Translations under genes and position numbers: made by a program
Part shown: piece by piece, positions 12,437-25,604 of the stretch
Layout: each line of letters opens with the position of its first letter
How positions within the stretch are numbered: the first letter of the stretch is position 1
Notes under the pieces: model-generated
Told to the model about the DNA's origin: nothing
What the model saw: only the letters and a program-made list of their open reading frames with translations
Database searches by the model: none
Source of the DNA: Octopus sinensis
Lineage: Eukaryota
Direction of reading: 5' to 3'
NCBI RefSeq assembly: GCF_006345805.1
Contig: NC_043015.1
Span: 9,424,001 to 9,488,000, forward strand
Length of the DNA: 64,000 nt

Positions 12437-15340
12437 CATGTATGTATATACGTCTCTTTGTGTGTCCTCCCCAACACTTGACAACGGATGTAAGTTTGTT
12501 TCCGTCCCACACGATAGGGGTTCTGAGAGACAGAAAAGAAAATGAAGTATATTGGGGAAAATTTCTCCGAGTACGTCATTCAACATAGTTCAACAGAATG
12601 GCTGCTGTCCAGTGACTTAACCTAGGCTCACATAATAGATAGTTTTCAGCAGGTGGTAATCGCAATAATTCTGTACAGAAACCTGAGTGCACGAATATCG
12701 AAATTAAGTAATCCCATTCAATAAAATGCTTGATAAGGATTGGCATATCATGTTAGTCCATTTAATTCTATGGACATGTCAGTGTTTTAATGCAATTATG
12801 GGTGAGGTTTTAGTTTTTCAACAACACGATAAATATACGCACCAATATCCATTCTATTGGGAATCTGTTGTTATTTTACTCTATCTTCTAATTTCCGAGT
12901 ACTACATGATTATACTTATATGTATCTATGTGTATGTAGATGTGTGGGTGTGTATCTGTTTCTGTGTATGCGCGTTTATGTGTGTGTGTGTGTGTGTGTG
13001 TGTATGTTTCTTTGGGAGTCGTAGTTGTGTGCACGTGTGACTCGAATGATGTTTGGCAAATTCTTCAGATTTGTACCTTTAGAAAATAACCGCAAGTTCA
13101 GCAGAAGGTAGTGTAGGAAAACAATCACAGCTCATGACATTTATATGGTTTATCATGTCAGAAGACGTCTTTGTATACAGATTACGTATATGCATTGATC
13201 GAGGAATTACTCTGTGAGATTTAGTTTTCGAGTTGTAATTAGAAATAAATGTTCTTGGAAAGCCGAAAACTTACAAGAGCAGGCATATTGAAAAGCAGGA
13301 TCAAACTGAGCAACTCGTACTACTTTCACTTGAGCAACACGATAGAGATTTCTCGAAATGTATCTAGTATCGAAAATGCAATTTTCTCATATCTCCTGGC
13401 AGGGAAATACTGTCATTCGGTTTAAAGAGTTTTTGAAATAGTAAAGGATCATGGAAAGTTTAGATTATATACATCACGGTATCATAAAAGTGAAAACACA
13501 ATTTTCAATTGAATAACATCGATTTTATAATACTACTATAGGGGTATATAACATGTATTAAAGTGTGGGCAAAGTATTACTAAAAGATAAGGTAATCTAA
13601 GATATTTAGCTGTTACTAAGATTATTTTCGGTATTCTTAATTGTCATGGTGATGCTTCGCACTATGTGTAACAAAGCTGAAAGTTTATTGTATTATACTC
13701 AATTAGTATGAGTTGAATAAATTCAGGCGATGGCTTATCGGATAGAGCATATATAACAATACAATCCGTATAGCGCCGAAATATCACGATCACCATTTGA
13801 CATATTTATATTTTTACTAGATATATCCAATTAGCATAAAAATATGAACATATAGAATGGTAGTAATTCCTTCTCGGTTTGTGTAAAACGAAATTCCATT
13901 ATAATGCTACATTTTTGCATTGAAGGTCGGCTATAAAAATAGTGGAAGAGATTAAGAAACTGGAAATCTATTTTTATAAACTATGACAATTATTTTAAGA
14001 ATGGTATGGAGCCAACTTTTGCACAAATGTTTTCAATGAATCGTTTTTAGTGAGTGTTAAAACTACTGTCGTCAATGGTATTCTTCACTTTCATTCATTT
14101 ATGTAACGTGGATACGGCCAGCATTCTCACAAAGAGAAAGATATTCCTCAGTACGCCAAGAAGCTTAATGACGAGATAAAAAGAAAATGGGAAAACGTAA
14201 GGAACAAGATGGGTTTCAATATCCATCGAAATATTACATTAGTTTGGAATTTCTTTGCATATCGTTATTAGCATGGTGGAAGCGTTAGCGTTAATATTGA
14301 TAAAAGCAAAAGAATGTTTACCCATGCAACTTTAGGGGGCTTCATAAACGCCTTTCATCGAAACAAGTTATCTTTTATCTCCAGTAATGTAGGATATATA
14401 AGTTGAATTATCTCTTCTTTGAGAATCTTTACAGAAAAGGAATGTTATAGCTTATGCGAACAAGGTTTTAGAATCAGTAAAAGAACATTAGGGTTGGAAA
14501 GGTTTACAAGTAGAGAAAGCCATTAAGAAAATTAAGTTTGTATCAGTGACATTCGCAGATAACTTCAGGGATTTTTAACTCAATCAAGTCTAGTTTGTAA
14601 ACAGTATCATAAACAACGGTTATTCACACAAATTTCGCCCAGCGCATCAATAAACCCTCAAACAGAAACATCTAAGCATATTGCAAACATAATTTCTTCG
14701 CTGAGTACATTAGAAGCTGATAAGCGACCAGTTGACATTAATCCAGGAGTTGGAGAAAATGAAAGAAAGTTTCTTTGTAAAGAGCATTCCCAAAAAGTTT
14801 GCAGCACACAGAGACGTCTAATTAAAAAAAAATCTACTCGATATGAAAACAGTTTGTAACGATCTCATTGATACATCTCATCTGTGAACAAAATTTTCGG
14901 CTTGAGTAAATCATGACGGAAATGAGATCTAGACATCTAACGAACCATGAGAAAATTGCATATTTATTACACATCATAGTTATACATTTCTATTTTGGAC
15001 ACTTGAGGACAATACAGACAAAATATTCACTTCCCTCATAGGCAGGCTAATGCAAGATTTACTCTAGTGAGGTGTGTTGATATTCCTAATTTGGAAAATA
15101 TATAAAAAGAGATACATAGACCAATAGGCACAAAAAACAATATGGTAATGTACTATTTGAAGGAATCCCCTTTAAAACTTCATATGGGATATTAGTATTC
15201 TTTGGGTCACTTTCTTACTCAAAGCTGTATTTTGCTTATTGCCCTCCAATGCAATACTGGGGAACGCCTGGTACATTGGATAAACCTGCTTGTCTGCTCA
15301 GGCAGTTAAGAACGGCTTGTTTGGTTCTTGTTCCTTATTT

Positions 15341-15369
<29 letters not shown>

Positions 15370-15371
<2 letters not shown>

Positions 15372-15535
15372 ACAAAAGAACACAACAACGCGAGGACGTG
15401 GAACAAATATAGTATTATTGGACGCTCAAAAAAGAAGGAAATAAGGAGGATTTAACGTTTCGAGTGGAGCTCATCATCGGAAACATAGGAGAAGAAAAGA
15501 TCCAGAGAAGGGAAGAGAGGAGAAAAAATAATATA
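15370..15535 (-). mobile_element. Possible Penelope-like terminal-repeat fragment
   Basis: Next to (TA)n; minus strand has ATGATGA-GCTCCACTC-GAAA-CGTTA, a hammerhead-like arrangement. Similar architecture to 60930-61090. Confidence 0.4.
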
Positions 15536-16415
15536 TATGTCCTAACACGCAGCATTTGTGAATTCTTTTTGCTTTTACCACTCTATGTGAGATAGATTCA
15601 GTCAGCAAAACACTTATATAGACATCAATGTCAAAAAGGAAGCAATGTCATTCTTCTATCATTAGGTGTGATCTTTGAGTTACCTTTATTAATTTTATTT
15701 CTTCCCTAGAAAAATGGAATGTATTCTTTTCTGCAAAGTAATTTACCAGTACACTCAAGTAACCCGCACGAAATACAATTACTAATATTTGAAATTGTAG
15801 ATGCATTTCAACTTCTATGTGGGACCATATATATGTAATAGAATGTTAATACCATTTAAAATTTTTATTTCATCTGAAACTATTTCCCTTCTCCGTGTAG
15901 ATCTATGAAAGGAGCGCACTTTATGAACCGCATGGAAGACACATCAACTTAATATATTAAAATGGCGCTGTTGAGAAATGCGATAGTTATTCTAATGATA
16001 CGTATTTAGACATATGTCGGGAAACACATTGATCAGCGGATTTGAAACCGGCTAAATGATATTTTACATCTTTCAGATGAAGTATGCATGTTCGAAATTG
16101 TAGAATAAAATTAATATGGCGTGATTATTATGCATGCCTATCATGATGATAATGTAAATAAAGTGATGAGGATTGAAGTAAGAGCTATCGGGTTAGCAAT
16201 AACATATCAGTTGCATTTCATGAAATCGGTTGGGAAAGGGTATTATTATATTACAAAACCGACTTGATTTCATGTCTCTTTCTCTAGATGTCAGTTCCCA
16301 TCAAACTGTCCCTTCCATTATATTCATATTAATATGAGTGTGTGTGTGTGTGTGGTTTGTGTGTGTGTACATGCATACATGATACATGCATATCGTGTGC
16401 GTGGTGGAGTATATG

Positions 16416-17591
16416 CATGAGGCTTAGCTGAAAAGTTCATAGGCTGACCAAAATATGTTCATGGAATGTTACCAAATGACTTTTCTCTTTCAGCATACTC
16501 CTCTTTGCGGTCTTCACACTTCTTCCATCGGTCTTGCAATGCTCGAATAGAAACCGTTCTCATATTATTGGTCAAAACAGTCAACAACAGACATGATGTC
16601 ATTATAACTGCGACATGGTTCCCAGGCAAATTTTCTTTTTTATGTAAGGAAAGAGATGAATGCCAGATAAGGCCTAATAAGAAACATAGGCACGATGATC
16701 AAATATTTCAAGGTCACAGTCACACAGCTGCCATTGAAAACAGATATTTGTGTGTCGGATCATAGCCCTGGACTAAATAAGAGGCCTTAAGTAAGTTTCA
16801 TATGAGCTTGGTCTTGATAGTCTTTTGTACAGGCGTTAGCAATGGGCATATTACTCTTCATTGATGGTGTGAATCTTCTGAAAAGAGTTGATAAAGATAA
16901 TGCATGTTACCCAAAGGATTGCGACCATCACTTTCTCTATTGACGACACATATTCCCCCATTCCTTGGAACTGTGAGGAGATAGTGGAGGAAGAATTGTC
17001 GCTGCAATGCCCCTTTGAGTCTGGTTCAAAGTGACTAACCCAACATTCACCTAGGGTTAAGAAACGTGCAAGAAAATCAGATCTTCTCGAGTTGTGATCA
17101 TTCCTTTTGCGCTTTTGATCAAGTTTCACCTACCGAGCTCGAACAAGTTCATTGTTCTTAATATTCTCAAATGTCTGAAGTGATATGCTAATAGCATTGG
17201 CTATTTAATTTACAGTCAAATTGCCTGTCATCGATCATCATTTAGTGAATACGATCAATGTTTTCTTTGTTAGTAGCAGTTGCCAGCACTTGCATTGCTG
17301 TTGAAGCTAGAACCTCTTCCCCTAATGTAGCAAGCACGGTAGCCTGAATGTCTTCGTGGTCTATATCATTTTCTACAGATATCCGATAAATCTGCGACGT
17401 CAAATTTCATTCATTTTGAAAGGAAGACGCTACTACTTACCTTTGGAGTCTTCTGTGAAGAATCTGATGTCAGTTTACCTAGAGCAAAATCACGTAGTTA
17501 TTAACAACATTTTGAAATGAATGCAAATTCGTTTTCACAGTTCTAACATCATTCTTTCATAGTTAGCCTTTGAAATTTTCATCCCGCTCAG

Positions 17592-17593
<2 letters not shown>
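16416..17593 (-). mobile_element. Decayed mariner transposon (second lineage)
   Basis: Degenerate TIRs (ATGAGGCTTAGCTGAAAAGTTCATAGGCTGA versus reverse complement ACTGAGCGGGATGAAAATTTCAAAGGCTAA). Minus-strand peptide DFLARFLTLGECWVSHFEPDSK..KVMVAILW..IIFINSFQKIHTINEE matches the mariner catalytic region. Confidence 0.88.
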
Positions 17594-17639
<46 letters not shown>

Positions 17640-17717
17640 AAATATTAGGGAAGAAATCCAAATTTACAGGAAAAAATCAGATTTAGGATTGAATCCAATT
17701 TTATAGTAAAATATAAT

Positions 17718-18036
17718 ATAATATTAATTAGAGACAAAACCACTATTATGCAAATCAAACAAGAAAGACATAATCCAATACATAAAAAAAATTATAAAAA
17801 TTAAATATAATTAAGATATCCACTACGATCGTTTCTTGTCACTTCTATAGACATTCATCAGGTAGTTTCAAGACCTTCTCTGCATTGAAACCACCTTATG
17901 AATGTCTATAGAAGTGACAAGAAACGATCGTAGTGGATATCTTAATTATATTTATTTTATATAAAATTTGTTATGTATTGGATTAAGTCTTTCTTTGTTT
18001 GAATTGCATAATAGTGGTTTTGTCTCTAATTAATAT

Positions 18037-18039
<3 letters not shown>
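17718..18039. repeat. Long inverted repeat (~154-bp arms, 13-nt loop), probably Penelope-derived
   Basis: Arms 17718-17871 and 17885-18039, loop GACCTTCTCTGCA. The inner ~50 bp are perfectly complementary and the outer part has scattered mismatches. Abuts (TA)n/(TG)n. Confidence 0.95.
17820..17865 (-). ncRNA. Putative minimal type I hammerhead ribozyme
   Basis: Minus strand: CUAC-CUGAUGA-A-UGUC-uauagaagu-GACA-A-GAAA-C-GAUC-G-UA-GUGG. Exact CUGAUGA and GAAA boxes, 4-bp stem I, 4-bp stem II, palindromic stem III, GUA cleavage triplet. Caveat: A-A apposition at the base of stem II. Confidence 0.6.
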
Positions 18040-18086
<47 letters not shown>

Positions 18087-18112
18087 TGTGTATGTGTGTG
18101 TGTGCGTGCGTG

Positions 18113-18143
<31 letters not shown>

Positions 18144-20250
18144 ATTTGCGTGAGTGGGAGAAAAAGTTCATAGGCTAGCTATGAAAGAGTAATATGAGAA
18201 TTGTGACAACGTATTGCTTGCGAATTGTTTGCTAGGTTAATGGAATAGAATTAGTAGAAAACTATATAGATAATGAGACAAATAATTGAAAATGTACCCA
18301 GAAAAAAAAACCTTGGTGACTTTCACCAGTGTAACTTACGTATCTTAGATCGGTTTTGCCTGTTATCGGTCCAGGTATTTACTCACGTAATATCAGCTCA
18401 CTGACAGATCCTTCAAAGGATATTTCGGGGAACCATGGACAACTCAGTCAAAGAGTTGTTTTTGGTTCAGACGTATTCGGATTTTGGTGGTTTCTCTGGT
18501 ACTGATTGGTGGCATTTGCCAGGGTACCGTATGAACTTTGTTGAATCTTGAACTTTAATTTCTTTCCGAGTAACTTCGAATTTATCAGGACCATGCCAGG
18601 TAAAAGAAAAGTGTATCGCATTATTCGTATGTGATGTGCATTCGACGTTTGTAGGAGAGGTATGGCACGCGAGTTTAGCCCTGAATCAATCATAAACTCT
18701 CTACCATTATCGTTTGGATAATATTGGTAGAAACTTTTCCACAATGTAGAAACAATATAATGCTCGTGACAGCATCGGAAATAAATAGATTCGGCCCAAG
18801 AATCAAAGCCTTTCCTGTCTGTGATACTTCAAACTTCATTATTTCTTGTATTATATTGGTTCTGTATTCAGCAGCAGAATTCCGAATGAAACACAGTAAA
18901 CGTGTAGGAGAAAACAATGATGGCTTCATGATCTCTACACTGAAAAGTGCTGAGGCTCCATGCGAATATTCTGTGGGCGATATCGAAGCTTTTCATGATT
19001 TGTGCACTGCTGCTAATGTTACTGGCGACCGTTTCACCCGATTCTCTATTATTATATGACAAGATGTTAGTTTATATGGTTCTTTGAGATTATCCATTTT
19101 TTTCTGATCTTAGTGGATGAGCTCTGCTTTTATTTTGTATCATGTGTTAAATGAATCAATGGTACTTGAGTGCAAGAAAACCTTGTAAAGTATAAAATCA
19201 AAACACATTCTCGTTAACATTACTCTGCCGCCTATGAGATACATTGCAGCCTGAGAGACATATTTCATTTTTTTCAAGTATATCCCTTAAACGAGCCTTT
19301 TACGTAGTGCTAAATCTGTTAGCAACTTATCGAAAAAAAAACGCAATGAGGCATATCGGAAGACAATTACAAAATATATATAAATGTTTTGAAATCCGTA
19401 CATTGGAAAGACCTCCGACGTACATTGGATAGGTTTGCGATCGAGCAACGCAATCTTATGAAAAGTGAAAATTGCATATATTAAATATATTAAATTGACA
19501 GTTAGTTTGACTTCACTTACAAAGTGTTGAATGACTTCATCCTTGGTTTCTAAAATACTTGTGGATATTTCCTTAAATATATGCTCCTTAGATTGATAAG
19601 AGCCTAGAAAATAATTTCATATGTTTGTTACAATGAGAGTAAATAAGTTGAATTAAACTGATTCATGTCAACATTTTACCAAATCGGTAATCATATATTA
19701 TATAAAGCGACTCTATATTCCGTGATTACTTGACACATGACAAACATATTTATAATTGATTCAATTATAAGTTTTGAAATGATGCAACTAATACGCCTAA
19801 TGTAATTTTTCTATAATGACGCTGGCGTGTTGACATAACGTTATGGCGTATCGAAGAAATGATGGAGAGTCTTCAATAATAATAGAGCGGTTTGCCAAAT
19901 TGGAATTAAAATATTTCTATAACATGTTTAATATATTCTTCACACATAAATGTCCCTGTGAATAATTTCGAACTTATATCAAATAATTAAATGCTCCAAA
20001 CGTAACTGATTTTGCTGGTATTGCATTCCAGTGAATGTGTGGGATACCCATTACTCAGTCAAGGAGAACACTCCATTTGGTATCAGAAGACACATATATA
20101 TGTTACGTGCACTTTCTCATATAGAAATATACAACCAGGCAGTACAGCGGTTCACTATGGATGAAGATCCATTAGTACTATTTGCAAAAACTTATCGGGA
20201 ATTAACTCGAAGTAGTGTTTTGACAGATACTTACCAAAATACATATGCAT

Positions 20251-20307
<57 letters not shown>

Positions 20308-20329
20308 ATAAAGATAACAATAATAATAA

Positions 20330-20440
20330 TTTGAGGGAATATTATTCCTAACATGCAGGGAAAAATTCAATTTAGAAATACTAAATCAAATTTCACAAAA
20401 TATAATATATATATATATATATAAATTAGAAAAGACGTTT
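20330..20440 (-). repeat. Interspersed repeat related to 8090-8200 and 10690-10790
   Basis: Reverse complement reads GTGAAATTTGATTTAGTATTTCTAAATTGAATTTTTCCCTGCATG, matching the downstream half of the direct repeats. Confidence 0.65.
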
Positions 20441-20568
20441 TCATTATTATTTTTGCAATTTACATAAATCATCGGTATAATGTTGTTATTTTATTTTTAA
20501 TATTGCTAGTATATGTAAATTTCTAGATGGGGTAATTAAATTGCTCATTTTGAATTTAATATATATAT

Positions 20569-21058
<490 letters not shown>

Positions 21059-21074
21059 TATAACAATACACCAC

Positions 21075-21103
<29 letters not shown>

Positions 21104-21105
<2 letters not shown>

Positions 21106-21305
21106 CATTATTGGTGAATTGAAAAATGGAGCTGAACGCAGATTGAACAGAAATCGTTTTATTTCATTCTACACGTGTTTCGAAAGGCACAAATTACCAA
21201 AATCCGATTGGTAATTTGTGCCTTTCGAAACACGTGTAGAATGAAATAAAACGATTTCTGTTCAATCTGCGTTCAGCTCCATTTCTTCAATTCACCAATA
21301 ATGTT
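21104..21305. repeat. Near-perfect inverted repeat (97/98-bp arms, 7-nt loop)
   Basis: Arms 21104-21200 and 21208-21305 differ by one 1-bp indel; loop AATCCGA; starts right after a (TA)n tract. Confidence 0.97.
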
Positions 21306-21452
21306 TTAATTTCAATTATCCGCACCAACGCACGGTTGCAACGCCAGATGGTTGTACCTCAACCGTGCTGTTCACTGCGTGATTTTTGCTACTAAGGTAT
21401 CGGTTAAACTTTTGATTAATCTACTACAAGATTATTCATCTTTCTATTTCAC

Positions 21453-21493
<41 letters not shown>

Positions 21494-21679
21494 GTATGTA
21501 TATGTATGTATGCATACGGATATGATATTAAGTACGGATATACATATATTACGTATATATATGCATGGGAGAGTTTCATAAACATCTTAAAATATACTAG
21601 AGTCTTCAAAGAAAGGCTACTAAGTGTTGTCACCCTAATGTACATATATATCTAAATAAACAGAAAATTTTATTTTCCC

Positions 21680-22432
21680 TATTATCCACATTGGAATATT
21701 CTTTTCTACTCTAGGCGTAAGGCAGAAACCTCTAGGGCCAGTCGATTACATGAACCCCATTATGGAACTGGTACTTAATGCATCAACCCCGAAATGATGA
21801 AATGCAAAGTCAACCGCGGGGGAATTTGAACTCAGAATGTCAAGACAGACGAAATACCGTTAAGCATTGCACTGGACGGGCTAACATTTCTTATTTCTTT
21901 ATTGCCAACAAAAGGCTAAAAGAAGGGAGAAACAAGGACATGCTAACGTCTCTGCCAGTTCGCCGCCTTATCCACATTGGAATATTCTTTTCTACTCCGG
22001 GCAAAGGGCTCGAAATTTACGGGGAGGGGCCAGTCAATTAGATCGACCCCAGTATGCAACTGGTACTTAATTTATCGGCCCCGAAATGAGGAAAAGCGAA
22101 GTCGACCTCGGCGGAATTTGAACTAAGAACGAAAAGACAGAGGAAATGCCACTAGGTATTTTGCCCGGCATGTTAACGCTTGTTATTTCTTTATTGCCCA
22201 CAAGGGGCTAAACATACAGGGGACAAACAAGGACAGACAAACAGATTAAGTCGATTACAACGATCCCAGTCCGTAACTGGTACTTAATTTATCGACCACG
22301 AAAGGATGAAAGGCAAAGTTGACCTCCGCGGAATTTGAACTCAGAACATAATGGCAGACGAAAAATACGCTAAGCGTTTCACCCAACGTGCTAATGCTTC
22401 TGCCAGCTCGCCACCTTCCACATTGGTATATT
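21680..22432 (-). mobile_element. Cluster of three nested or tandem SINE copies (family 1)
   Basis: Three occurrences of the CCCCGAAA..GAAAGGCAAAGTCGACCTCGGCGGAATTTGAACTCAGAAC-type core (near 21805, 22080, 22295). TCCACATTGG(A/T)ATATT recurs near 21685, 21971 and 22418. Confidence 0.9.
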
Positions 22433-23614
22433 AACGACAAAGTGATCATGACGGTAGACGGACACATACCGTAACTGACTGACACCTACACTGTGACTGC
22501 TCAAACATCCGAAATTATCAATAAAAAGGAATGGCGTCATTTTATGGAATACATGACTCCCTGAACGAACGTAGTCAACATTAGTATTAAAATCTCTCCA
22601 ATCACTCTCATAAAATGCCTGCAAATATGTAATAATGCGCTGTAGAGCTAAAATCACTTCTGAAAATTTAAATGCAGTTGCAATGGAATTACATGTGAAT
22701 TAGATATATTTGAATGTTCAGACGTGTGTAGTTTTGGTTTGTGATTCATATAAACATCTATTTTACTTGGTAGCTGCTGTCTGTACTTGAATTATCAAGT
22801 ATTAAATTTCCACTCAGCAAGATCGAAGTGAACACATTTGAATGACGATAATTTTACATTCGAGAATAACCAACATCTATCACATAAATCAAAACCAGAG
22901 TATTGAAATAAATAGATCAATCACCCTCGTATTTCGATGGCCATGTGCGAAATTTGCGTTATATATGCTGGTCAGATATGACCTATAACATATTATATAT
23001 TAGAATAATGAATCAATATCTCTAGCTTTTACCTTGGGGGACAAAAACATGTTTGCTGCTATGAAATTTCAGTTCCTCGGCAGATATTATTCTTAATTGT
23101 GATGGGTAATTATCCACATCGCTAATATCTAAAAACTGTTCACATTGATGTACTTTCCACACTATGAGTTATGTTTGCTTGCAACGTTATCATTTACAAA
23201 AAAGATAAAACAGGAACGTTTACCAGTGTTATATTGCGTTACAATATTTTCCTATGCGGAACGGTAAGCACAAAACCAATGTTGATAAAAAGAATTAATC
23301 AAAGAATGGGCTGGCCGTGAATCGAGAATCAGATAAACATAGACGACAGAGCATTAGTTTGTTGATATTTTATTTAGCAATAAAACATTCTAATATTAAG
23401 AAAAATCCTTTCGTAATTTAAAAATCATGTAAGTAATCTATATTAATATATTTAATGATAAATGAATTAGCTACATGTCAGCGTGAATACAAAAATATAG
23501 AAAATGAATGTATTATTCTGTCTTTTATGGTTTATACAGTCCTTATCGCTTTTTCTTGTTTGTACTCTTTGTAGAATGGTATATTACGTAGCTTTTTCAC
23601 GAATATTACCGGAT

Positions 23615-23659
<45 letters not shown>

Positions 23660-23862
23660 ATTTTCCCCTTGTTATCAATTAACACGGAAACATAGATAAA
23701 TAGTTATCAGGGTAGCAAAGAATCACTCATGTAAAAAGGCTGATTCCTTTTGAAAATACAAATCATATCAAGTGTCTAGCATGGGAATAAAAACCTCATA
23801 GGTAATAATCCTTATTAAAATTATTATAATTATTATAATTTACATGTATGTATATATATATA

Positions 23863-23906
<44 letters not shown>

Positions 23907-23911
<5 letters not shown>

Positions 23912-24440
23912 TTAGATAAAACTTAGATATGTTTCGACCAGAGATTGGTCCAGGCCATGTCTAACTTAATAGCACCACCTGATAGGATTATTCGAATCCT
24001 GTTTAAGTCAAGTTTTGTTCAAGTAGTGAGTTCTTGTTGGGTGAGTTGTATCCAATTATGGGTGGCTTGTCTGGTATTCTTTGAAGGAATCTATCCAGAC
24101 TCTGTTTGAAGTTGATGGGATCCTTTTCCTCTTTGATCTCCCTCGGGACAATGTTAAATAGGGCAGGACCTGTTGAGGAAAAGAAATTATGTTGCAGTGT
24201 ACATGTATGTTGTGATCTTGAATTTGGCAGGGGACGTATAGCCCGTGGTCCAAGTCCCGGATGAACCTTGAAGCTAATGTTTAGGTCGTTTGGGCAAAGT
24301 TGGCCGTATATTTTCCACATCGTACAAATGATGTACCGCTCACGGCGACGCTGGAGGGAGTAAAGTTTCAAGGCTTTAAGGCGATCCCAATAGTCGAGAG
24401 CAGCCATGCCTTCAATTTGTTTAGTAAGAGCCCTCTGACA
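23907..24440 (-). mobile_element. 5'-truncated CR1/L2-group LINE (ORF2 C-terminus plus 3' UTR)
   Basis: Peptide LDYWDRLKALKLYSLQRRRERYIICTMWKI..PALFNIVPREIK..FKQSLDRFLQRIPDKP is the typical post-RT tail of CR1/L2-like ORF2. The 3' end has short stem-loops and two 11-bp tandem repeats. Confidence 0.85.
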
Positions 24441-24443
24441 TAT

Positions 24444-24500
<57 letters not shown>

Positions 24501-25371
24501 GCAAACGAAAAACAGAAGATGGAATTTAGGAGAATTTACTATTAATCACGGTAATCGTGTCGATACACCTAGCATCGATTCCTCTTGGGTGGGACACTAA
24601 AAAATCGTTTCAGGAATATCTGGTCGTGCACATGTATCTCGTCGGGTGACAAATACCTCGTAAAAATGACAGCTCCGCAATGAAACTTTTCGTTTTTTAG
24701 AGAGAAAAGTAGCCGGTCGGGGGAAATACCTTCATGTATATAGAAGCTCACAAATACAATTACAGATGACAAAAAGAGAAAGAAATTTGCAATCTAACGA
24801 GAAAAATATTAGAACTAACCGTTAACATGTATGTATATATATATAAACGTGTGTGTGTGTTGATGGGTCAAGCCTAATTGTGTTCATCTGCATCATTTTG
24901 CATATATATATATATATATGCGTGTGTGTATAGGTAAACATAGGTAGGCATATAGAGATACAGTCTTTCGTATAGATAGATAGTTATATCCCAATGCTTC
25001 TTGTACCACGCATTCTTCTGCGTGTGTTGTATATATGTGTATGTGTGTTTGTGAGTTTAGTGTGTGTCCATGTATGTATTTGCACATATACATACATGTA
25101 TCTATAAATATGTAGATGCATATTGTTGAATCGTTATATGTACAATAATCTAATCTCTGTTTGTCTCTTTACACATTCGGACACACACTTATAATACCGG
25201 GATATGGATTTGATGTTAATCGATAATTGATTTAATCATCCTGTAGAGTGATCCTTACCTTGATATTTCCTCTCTCGTTGACCTTGTTATGAACAAATTT
25301 ATACTATTTATATAATATCGGATACCATTCTTCTACATAGCTACTAAATCTCTAATATCACTTTGAACTAG

Positions 25372-25604
25372 AACTGCGAGCTGGCTGATTCGTTAGCACG
25401 TGGCGAGAAATGCGGTGTGGTATTTCGGCTGCCGTTACATCCTGAGTTCAAATGCTGCCGAGGTCGACTTTGCTTTTTGTCCTTTCGAGGTCAATTAAAT
25501 TTGAACCAGTGACGCACTGGGGCGATGTAATCGACTTAATGCTTTTGTCTATCCTTGTTTGTCCTCTCTATGTTTAGCCCCCTGTGGGTAATAAAGAAAT
25601 AAAT
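25372..25604 (+). mobile_element. tRNA-derived SINE (family 1)
   Basis: GCGAGCTGG..CGTTAGCAC head, CTGAGTTCAAATGCTGCCGAGGTCGACTTTGC core, TTTAGCCCCCTGTGGGTAATAAAGAAATAA tail. Confidence 0.9.

Noticed and set aside
18150-18330. Extra mariner end (AAAAGTTCATAGGCT, like the 16.4 kb TIR)
   Set aside because: Only ~15 bp of clear match with no partner TIR or coding remnant; too little to call.
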